Assembly (NCBI GenBank): GCA_964626905.1
Contig: CAZVHA010000001.1
Coordinates: 65,294-129,293 of the forward strand
DNA: 64,000 nucleotides
From: an uncultured bacterium
GTDB lineage: Bacteria > Chlamydiota > Chlamydiia > Chlamydiales > SM23-39
Direction of reading: 5' to 3'
In this document: one piece after another, positions 45,428-53,700 of the stretch
Position numbering within the stretch: position 1 is the stretch's first letter
Layout: each line of letters begins with the position of its first letter
Notes under the pieces: model-generated
Told to the model about the DNA's origin: nothing
What the model saw: the letters and a program-made list of their open reading frames with translations, nothing else
Databases searched by the model: none
Made by a program: the position numbers and the translations under genes

Positions 45428-47294
45428 TTTAAAAAATCAGATGAAGGATCACTTCATCAAGTACGCCTCCTATGTCATTTTGGATCGGGCAATTCCGAAT
45501 GTCGTCGATGGATTAAAACCGGTGCAGCGGCGCATTTTAGAGATCTTGTATCGGCAAAATGACGAAAAACTCCATAAAGTGGCCAACATTGTAGGCCAAA
45601 CGATGCAATTGCACCCGCATGGAGATGCGCCGATTTACGAGGCGCTCGTAACGCTTGCGAACAAAGGATATATGCTTGAAAAGCAGGGGAATTTTGGGAG
45701 CATTTACACAGGCGATCCGGCGGCTGCGGCCCGCTATATCGAGACAAGGCTGACGCCGCTTGCAAGGGAAACGCTCTTTAATCCAGACATCACAGAAAAA
45801 ATCCCCTCCTATGATGGGCGAAATTTTGAGCCGGTGACGCTTCCAGCGAAATTGCCCCTTCTCTTGATGCAGGGGGCCGATGGAATTGCCGTCGGAATGG
45901 CGACCCGGATTTTGCCCCACAATTTTGCCGAGCTTTTACAAGCGGAAATTGCCTATCTTGAAGGGAAGGCGTTCAAAATATTTCCCGATTTTCCGACGGG
46001 GGGGATTTTAGATAAAAGCGAATACGATAAGGGGAAGGGGAAAGTCAAACTGCGGGCGAAAATTGAGGCCAAAGATCCCAAAACGCTCGTGATCCGCGAG
46101 ATTTGCTACGGGACGACGACGGAAAGCCTCATTCGCTCAATCGATGAGGCGGCCAAAAAGGGAAAAATCAAGATCGAGGAGATCAACGATTATACGGCAG
46201 AAAAAGTAGAGATCGAGATCAAATTGCCCCGTGGTCAATATGCGGAAGAGATTTTGGATGCACTCTACGCCTTTACCGAGTGTGAGGTCTCTTTGAGCTC
46301 TCAGGTGATGGTGATCAAAGATGGGTTTCCTTGGGAGACCGATGTCCACGAGATCTTGAGTTACAACGCCGAAAAAGTGGTTGAATTCTTAAAAAGAGAG
46401 CTTCAAATCGAGCGGGATCTACTTTTGGAAAAGATCTTTTATAAGACGCTCGAAAGGATTTTTATCGAAAACCGGCTCTATAAAAAGATCGAGACGGTAA
46501 AAACGCTCGAAAAAATCCACGAGACTTTAGAGGTCTCTTTAAAACCATTTCGAAAAAAACTACTTCGGGAACCGACCCAAGAAGATCAGGAAAGATTGCT
46601 CCAAATTCCGATTCGGCGCATCTCGCAATTCGATATCGATCGGAATAAAGAGGAAATCGAACTCTTTGAAAAAACAATGCAAGAAGTAGAAAAAAACCTC
46701 AAAAATGTGAGAAAATTTGCGATCCGCCATTTGCAGGCGCTCCTTGCAAAATACGGGGAAAAATTCCCGAGAAAAACGAAAGTCAAGGCGATCGAAGAGA
46801 TCGATCGAAGGGCCATTGCAACCAAAGAGATCAAGGTGGGATTCGATGTGGCAACAGGCTTTGTCGGGACTAAAGTGACGGGTGGCGAAAAGTTTTCCTG
46901 CACCAACTTCGATAAGCTGCTCATCTGCCATAAAGATGGGACGTATAAGGTCGTCAATATCCCTGAAAAACAGTACTTTGAAGGGGTCCTTTGGGCGGGA
47001 GTGGCCGATAAAAAAAGCGTTTTGAACGTAGTCTATAAAATGAAGGAAAAAGGGCAAGTGTGGGCGAAGCGCTTTGTCGTTGAGAAATTCATTTTGGATA
47101 AATTGTATCGCTATTTTGATGAGAAGGGAGAGTTGATCTCCTTTTCGGAAGATCCTGATGGGGAAATCGAATTGCAATTTTCTAAGGGGCAAAAGAAGCA
47201 AGTCTATCGCTTCACCGATGTGCCTGTGACGGGCGCGCAGACGCGCGGCATGCGCCTCTCGATTCATAAGGCGCGCAAAGTCATCTGCCGTTGA
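45420..47294 (+). CDS. parC: type IIA topoisomerase subunit A (ParC / chlamydial GyrA_2-type)
   Basis: 624 aa with 'DGLKPVQRRIL' and the catalytic-Tyr context 'AAARYIETRL'. It overlaps parE by 8 nt. Confidence 0.9.
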   Translation: MDDLKNQMKDHFIKYASYVILDRAIPNVVDGLKPVQRRILEILYRQNDEKLHKVANIVGQTMQLHPHGDAPIYEALVTLANKGYMLEKQGNFGSIYTGDPAAAARYIETRLTPLARETLFNPDITEKIPSYDGRNFEPVTLPAKLPLLLMQGADGIAVGMATRILPHNFAELLQAEIAYLEGKAFKIFPDFPTGGILDKSEYDKGKGKVKLRAKIEAKDPKTLVIREICYGTTTESLIRSIDEAAKKGKIKIEEINDYTAEKVEIEIKLPRGQYAEEILDALYAFTECEVSLSSQVMVIKDGFPWETDVHEILSYNAEKVVEFLKRELQIERDLLLEKIFYKTLERIFIENRLYKKIETVKTLEKIHETLEVSLKPFRKKLLREPTQEDQERLLQIPIRRISQFDIDRNKEEIELFEKTMQEVEKNLKNVRKFAIRHLQALLAKYGEKFPRKTKVKAIEEIDRRAIATKEIKVGFDVATGFVGTKVTGGEKFSCTNFDKLLICHKDGTYKVVNIPEKQYFEGVLWAGVADKKSVLNVVYKMKEKGQVWAKRFVVEKFILDKLYRYFDEKGELISFSEDPDGEIELQFSKGQKKQVYRFTDVPVTGAQTRGMRLSIHKARKVICR

Positions 47295-47464
47295 ACCGGT
47301 AGCTCGGTTTCACTTTTGCCCTTGACGGCACCTTCTATATTAGTAATTATAAGCGGTTTACGTTCTATTCTTTTTTAGAAAGAGATCATAGGGTTTGCGA
47401 TAGTTGAGAAATTCCCGTATTTGTTGTTACAATGGTTCTCTTCTAAAAAAGCAAAAGGTGTTTG

Positions 47465-48124
47465 ATGAGAAAGCTAATGTGTTCATTGTTCATTGTAGGA
47501 ACCCTGTTGGCCGCCCCGCAGGCGGTAGTATTTGATTGGGGAAATGTGATAGCCATTGATGATCGCTCTGTAGTCGTAGATTTTATGTGTGAGACCTTTC
47601 AGTTTTCTGAGGAAGAGTTCGAAAAAGTCAATCTCAAGAAACGAAAAGCGATGAAAGAGGGAAAATCAGACGTGGAATTTTGGCTCCAGTTTGCTGCAAA
47701 GCGGGGGATTGATCTTGAAGATCAATGGCCTATGTCTTATCAAGCAACTCTCAAAAGGAGTATCGGCGTTGATGAAGAGATGTTTGCTATCGTCGCTGAG
47801 CTGCAAAGGAAACAGATCCCTGTTGCTCTCTTATCAAATATTAACGATAAATATACCAAACTCATTCGGGATTTCGGTTTTTATGACCCCTTCGAACCTT
47901 GCCTGCTTTCCTGTGAGATGGGGCTGGAAAAACCTGATCCAAAAGCCTATCAACTCCTTTTAGAAAAGCTTGACCTTCCCGCAAATGAGATCGTTTTCAT
48001 TGACGATTTAGAAGAAAATGTTGAAGCGGCTAAGAAGCTAGGCATCGACGCTATTGTCTTCAAATCTGCTACGCAAGTACGCAGCGAATTAGCAAAAAGG
48101 GGATTGGGGGTCGTCCAACAATAA
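47465..48124 (+). CDS. HAD-superfamily hydrolase (subfamily IA, YihX-like pattern)
   Basis: Motif I 'VVFDWGNVI', 'LLSN' and 'KPD...Y' followed by 'FIDD' are present. The N-terminus looks like a signal peptide. The last 18 nt lie inside the downstream palindrome. Confidence 0.75.
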   Translation: MRKLMCSLFIVGTLLAAPQAVVFDWGNVIAIDDRSVVVDFMCETFQFSEEEFEKVNLKKRKAMKEGKSDVEFWLQFAAKRGIDLEDQWPMSYQATLKRSIGVDEEMFAIVAELQRKQIPVALLSNINDKYTKLIRDFGFYDPFEPCLLSCEMGLEKPDPKAYQLLLEKLDLPANEIVFIDDLEENVEAAKKLGIDAIVFKSATQVRSELAKRGLGVVQQ

Positions 48125-48271
48125 CTTTTAGAGCTGTATAGGGAAAAATCGATTCATCTTATTGAGGATCTTCTCTTGCTGGTATTGATGCAATATCAGC
48201 TGCGAGAAGATCCTCAAAACCTGAACCGTTTTTCTCCTATACAGCTCTAAAATTTATTATTGGACAACCCC
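48107..48271. repeat. 165 bp imperfect palindrome covering the HAD gene stop
   Basis: Perfect blocks are TTTTAGAGCTGTATAGG (48126-42) / 48236-52 and GAGGATCTTCTC (48164-75) / 48204-15. The outer GGGGTCGTCCAACAATAA (48107-24) pairs imperfectly with 48254-71. Confidence 0.9.
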
Positions 48272-48369
48272 TTGGTAGAGAAATGCGCCCTATGAAATAG
48301 GGAGTAAAATACGGACCCAACAGCCTGAAAAATCGAAATGAGACCGGTCCACATCCTGAACTGCAGTTT

Positions 48370-49332
48370 ATGAAAAAAGCCCTTCGGTTCCTTTTTTTAC
48401 TTGCCATTTTTTTTATTTCCTCCTGTGAACGGAATGAGGTGAAAAAGATTTTTCTCGTTTGGATGTTTGACCCTGAAAAATTTTGGGAGGCCGACTGGTG
48501 TCGCGAGCTTTTGGCGTCGGATCAATATGAGATCGAAGAGGTCACTGCCCTCGATGAAAAAATCTATTTGGACCGCGCCATCTACGTCACTCAATTGCCC
48601 CGAGAAAAAAAGGAGCTCGATCGATTTTTCAAAACGCTTCACAAAAAAGGGGCCAGGTTTGGGATCATCCATATCAGCGACGAGGAATATAGCCACTCTA
48701 CAAAGTCCTACTCCTACGCCAAATTTGTACTCAGGAACTATTGGAAGAAAAAGTTCGATGGCAATCCAAAAATTCTTCAAATCCCCCTTGGATATAAGAC
48801 AAAGTTTTGGGCAGATAGCCCCTCAAAGAAAAGCAAAAAAAGTAGCGAGCGGCAATACTTTGCCAGTTTTGCCGGGCAGTTGAGCAAAAGCGGGCGCAAG
48901 GAGATGGCCGAGCATATGCGAAAACTGGGCCATTTTTTTGTCCATGAGACCTCCTTTTTTGGATCTGCCGATGCACTCCCTGTCGATCAGTATAGAGATC
49001 TTTTAATGGATTCAGTCTTTGCTCCTTGTCCAAAGGGGTTTGTCAACGTCGACACCTTTCGCCTTTATGAGGCCCTTGAAGCGGGGGCTATTCCAATTGT
49101 GGAAAAGGGCCCCTCCGATTACTACGAGCACCTTTTTCAAGGGAAATACCCGTTTTTCGCAATCGATCAGTGGGATGAGGTGGGTACCCTTCTGAATGAG
49201 GGCTTTCTCTCAGACCCCGAACGGATCGAGCAAAAACGGCAAGAGTGCATCGATTGGTGGAAAAAATCCAAAGAGGAACTGCGAAAAAAAATCCAAAGGC
49301 AAATCATTCGTTCATTTTTCTTTTTGCCTTGA
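48370..49332 (+). CDS. exostosin-like (GT47-type) glycosyltransferase candidate, lipoprotein-type N-terminus
   Basis: 320 aa with 'FFISSC' lipobox-like signal. The C-terminal 'Y..L..SVFAPCPKG.....FRLYEALEAGAIPIV' resembles the exostosin family motif. Recognised by eye only. Confidence 0.45.
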   Translation: MKKALRFLFLLAIFFISSCERNEVKKIFLVWMFDPEKFWEADWCRELLASDQYEIEEVTALDEKIYLDRAIYVTQLPREKKELDRFFKTLHKKGARFGIIHISDEEYSHSTKSYSYAKFVLRNYWKKKFDGNPKILQIPLGYKTKFWADSPSKKSKKSSERQYFASFAGQLSKSGRKEMAEHMRKLGHFFVHETSFFGSADALPVDQYRDLLMDSVFAPCPKGFVNVDTFRLYEALEAGAIPIVEKGPSDYYEHLFQGKYPFFAIDQWDEVGTLLNEGFLSDPERIEQKRQECIDWWKKSKEELRKKIQRQIIRSFFFLP

Positions 49333-49407
49333 ATTTTAACCAAAAATCAGACAAAACTGGGGTTATAAACGACCAAATATTAAATCAAAATACCTTGGAA
49401 TTTGGAC

Positions 49408-50751
49408 ATGTTCAAGAGAATCATAGACTTACATCTTAAACGATGGAAGGTCGATATTTATCGCAAGCCTTTGTTGTTGAGGGGGGCAAGGCAAGTGGGT
49501 AAGACCTACGCAGCAAGGAAGTTAGGGCAAACTTTTGAGTATTATGTAGAGGTTAATTTTGAGCAAATGAAAGAGGCCTGCCTGATTTTTGAAAAGGATC
49601 TGATACCCGAAAAGTTGATCCGTGCTTTAAGTTTATTGATGAAGGTGCCGATCATACCTGGCAAAACGCTCCTTTTTTTTGATGAGGTGCAAGAGGCTCC
49701 TCAGGCCATCGTTGCCCTGCGATATTTTTATGAAATGATGCCAGATCTTCACCTGATTGCGGCTGGATCTCTTTTGGAATTTGCCATTGAGAAGGTGGGG
49801 GTTTCTGTGGGGCGGATTTCGATGTTATATATGTATCCAATGTCATTTTTTGAGTATCTAGTTGCAGTTGGGGAAGGGCTGGTGGCGCAAGAAATTTTGA
49901 ATCATGAGATTGGAATTTCAATGCAAGAGCCGATTCATGGAAAAATTTTAGATCTCTTGGGAGAATATCTATCTGTTGGGGGAATGCCGGAAGCTGTGGC
50001 TCGCTGGGTTCAAACAAAAGATCCGTCGTCTGTGTTGACGATTTTGCAACAAATTGCAGCGACCTATGCACAAGATTTTGAAAAGTATGCAAGAAAGTCA
50101 CAAGTGAAATATTTAGATCGGTTATTTCGGCAAATTCCCCATTTAATCGGCAATGAATTTTCATATAAACAAATCCATGGGGAATTTAGAAAAAGAGAGC
50201 TTGCGCCGGCGTTAGAGCTCTTAGAGCGAGCGAATATCATACATATAGTTCGACACACCTCTGGGAATGGAATTCCCATAGGTGCTGACACCGATTTTGA
50301 TACGTTTAAAATCATTTATTTAGACGTAGCTCTTTGCCAAGCGATCATTGGTACAGACATATCAATCTGGTTCTTAAAGCCATTAGAGGGCTTTGAAAAT
50401 CGCGGAGAAATCGCAGAGGCTTTTATCGGTCAGGAATTGATCTGTTATGCAAATCCGCATAGCAAAGCCGAGCTTCATTTTTGGAGGCGAAGAGAAAGAA
50501 ACAGTTCTGCAGAAATTGACTATTTGATTCAAAGAGGCGAGCAGATTTTTCCAATAGAGGTGAAAAGTGGGCACGGAAACACATTGCGCAGTTTGCGGCT
50601 ATTCTTACAAACACACCCAAAATCCAAACGGGGAATCCGCTTCTCGGCTCTCGACTATTCAGTGATAGATCATCTTGATTCCAGGCCGCTATATTCAGCG
50701 GTATCTTTGGCCCATGAAACGCAAATAGATGGATTAAGGGAGCTGCTATGA
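49408..50751 (+). CDS. AAA-family ATPase with DUF4143-type C-terminal domain
   Basis: Walker A 'GARQVGKT' and Walker B 'LLFFDEVQ'. The C-terminal 'HFWRRRERNSSAEIDYLI..G...PIEVKSG' is typical of the AAA_14/DUF4143 architecture. The gene looks lower in GC than its flanks. Confidence 0.75.
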   Translation: MFKRIIDLHLKRWKVDIYRKPLLLRGARQVGKTYAARKLGQTFEYYVEVNFEQMKEACLIFEKDLIPEKLIRALSLLMKVPIIPGKTLLFFDEVQEAPQAIVALRYFYEMMPDLHLIAAGSLLEFAIEKVGVSVGRISMLYMYPMSFFEYLVAVGEGLVAQEILNHEIGISMQEPIHGKILDLLGEYLSVGGMPEAVARWVQTKDPSSVLTILQQIAATYAQDFEKYARKSQVKYLDRLFRQIPHLIGNEFSYKQIHGEFRKRELAPALELLERANIIHIVRHTSGNGIPIGADTDFDTFKIIYLDVALCQAIIGTDISIWFLKPLEGFENRGEIAEAFIGQELICYANPHSKAELHFWRRRERNSSAEIDYLIQRGEQIFPIEVKSGHGNTLRSLRLFLQTHPKSKRGIRFSALDYSVIDHLDSRPLYSAVSLAHETQIDGLRELL

Positions 50752-50754
50752 AGG

Positions 50755-53700
50755 TCATTCGCTCATTTTCTTGACACTGAATCCAAGTTTTTCGCGAATG
50801 TATTTAGCGGTGCGAGAAGTTTTTATTTTGGCCACTTCCTCGGGTGTTCCTTTGGCCATGACTTGTCCTCCTCGCTCTCCCGCATCGGGGCCGAGATCGA
50901 TGATGTAGTCGGCATTTACGATCACATCGATGTTGTGTTCGATGATGACGAGGGTATTTTTTTTATCGGCAAGCCCATGGAAAATGTGGAGCAGTTTTAA
51001 CACATCTTCTGGGTGGAGTCCCACCGTCGGTTCGTCGATGAGATACAGCGTTTTTCCGCTCTCTCTTTTTGAGAGCTCTCTCGATAGGCGGAGCCTCCCT
51101 GCTTCCCCGCCGGAGAGGGAGACGATCTCTTGCCCGAGTTGCAAATATCCCAAGCCGACATCGATGAGGGTTTTGAGTTTTTTGGCAATTTGGGGAATGG
51201 CTGAAAACCAATCGAGCGCCTCCACAACGCCCATCTGGAGCACCTCGCCGAAATGTTTGCCCTTGTACTTCACCTCTAAAGAAATGGGATTGAGCCGAGA
51301 GCCCTTGCACGATTCGCAAGGGACTCTCACGGAGGGCAAAAATTGCAAATCGACCGTTTTATACCCAAGGCCCCAGCAGGTGCGGCACATGCCTCTTAAA
51401 TGATTGGGGCTGAAATGTCTTGGCTGAAGACCTTTCATTAAGGCCAAAGGGAGGGCTGCAAAATGAGCCCTGATCAATGGCTGTACGTCAGAATAGGTAC
51501 TCACATCTGCTCTTGAAGTTTGGCCGATCGGGTTTTGATCGATGGTGATGATTTTTTCAAACTCTTTTCGGGCGCGCAAGTAGCTCATGAGGCTCGATTT
51601 TCCAGAGCCTGAGACGCCGGTGAGGCAAGTGATGGCCCCTTTGGGGAGGGAAACGGTGATATTTTTCAAGTTGTGTAAAGTAGCATTTTCAATGGTGATA
51701 TCGGGGCTGAAGGGCCTTCTTTTTTGCGGAATGGGGATCTGTTTTTTGCCGCTCAAATAGGCACCTGTGAGCGAGCGGGGATTATTTTGGATCTCTTTGA
51801 GGGTTCCCTTTGCTGTGATTTGCCCTCCCTCTTTTCCCGCTTTGGGGCCAAAGTCGAAAAGGTAATCGGCGCAGGCCAATGTCATCGGGTCGTGTTCGAC
51901 CAAGATGAGCGTATTGCCGAGATCGCGCAGCTCTTTGAGCGCCCGGTTTAATCGCTCATTGTTGTATGGGTGAAGGCCAATCGTCGGCTCATCGAGGACA
52001 TAAAGACACGAGGTGAGTCCCGATCCGAGCTGTCTTGCGAGGCGAATTCTTTGCAACTCTCCTCCGCTCAAAGTGGGGGCAGAGCGGCTCAAGGTCAGAT
52101 ATTCCAGACCGATCGCGAGCAAAAATTGGAGGTATTTGAGGAGTTGGCTGTGGGTTTCTTGCAAAAATGGGGGCACTTTGAGCAAGTTTATAAATTGAAA
52201 GGTCTTTTCGATACTCAAAGCGCATATGTCGGCAATGGACTGTTTTTCAATGAGCACATTTCTCGCCATTGGATTGAGTCTTGAGCCTTGACAGGCAGGA
52301 CATGCTTCAGCGCGCATCATCGGCATGAGGGCTTCCCGAATTTCTCCGCGTGCCATTCTCGCAGCTGCAGCCAAAACGGGATGGAGTCCGAGCCACCGGA
52401 CACTGAGCCCATTTTTGAGCTTCACTTCCGATCCGCCATTCAGGAGGGCATTTCGATCATCTCCCACGCTTTTTTCCATGAGGCGAATGGCTTCGGAGGT
52501 CCCCTTTTCTTTGAAAAGAAGATCGGCAAAGTCATAAAGAGACCATTTTTTGATCCGCTTTTCCTCATCTAAATGGGCGCCAAAGGTATTTCCAAGCCCC
52601 TGACATTCGGGACACATGCCTAAATCGTGGTTGAACGAAAAGGTTTGTGCAGAAATCTTTTTTTTTGTTTGCAGATCAAACGTGAGATCGCCCTTGTCTC
52701 TTGCGTCTCTTCCGACGATGAGCGACTCTTCGGCTTTTGAGATGGCCTCATAGAGCCGGTTTTGAGCCTTTGGCTCGACAGGGAGTCGATCGATCACGAG
52801 GAGCAGTTCATTTTTACGCATTTTTTCATAGGGGATCTGCTCATCGAGCGAAAAAATTTGTCCGTTGAGCCGGATGCGCAAATATCCTTGCCGCTGCAAC
52901 CGGGCAGTGAGCTCCTCAAAACTCTCTTTTTTTTCAAACGGAACCGGTGTCAAAATTTGGATTTTTTCTCCTCTAGGGAGCTTTAAAATTTCTTCGACAA
53001 TCTCCTCTTTGCCCATTCTTTGGATCACTTTCCCAGTTTCGGGATCATGCGGGATTCCCAAATGGGCAAAAAGCACCCTTAAAAAGTCGTACACTTCGGT
53101 CATTGTTCCAACGGTGCTTCTCGGATTGAGCCCGCCTGTTTTTTGCTCGAGCGCAATCGAGGGCAAAAGCCCTTCAATCCTTTCCACTTTTGGTTTTTGG
53201 AGCTGTTTGACCATGGCCCGGGCGTAGGCGCTCAGTGTCTCGGTGTAGCGCCTTTGCCCTTCTGCATAGAGCGTTTCAAACGCCATGGTCGATTTGCCCG
53301 ACCCTGAGGGGCCGCAAAAGACTGAAATCTTCCCGTGGGGAATCTCAAGCGAAACATTTTTCAGATTGTTTTGCTGCGCGCCCACAACTGAAATGACCCC
53401 TCTTTCCTTCGGTTTTTTGGCCTTTCTTTTTTCGGTTTTAAGCCCTTTGAGCGCAAGAGCTGTGGGGGTGTTTAATTTGGCAATTTTTTCTGGTGTTCCG
53501 GTGCCGATGATTTCTCCTCCGTGGACACCTGCGCCCGGACCCAAATCGATGATCCAATCGGCGCATTTTACAAAGTCCATATTGTGTTCGATGACGAGCA
53601 CCGTATTGCCCCGGTCGACGAGTTTTTGCAAAATTCCGATCAATTTGGCAATGTCGTGGAAATGGAGCCCCGTGGTGGGCTCGTCCAAAATATAGATCGT

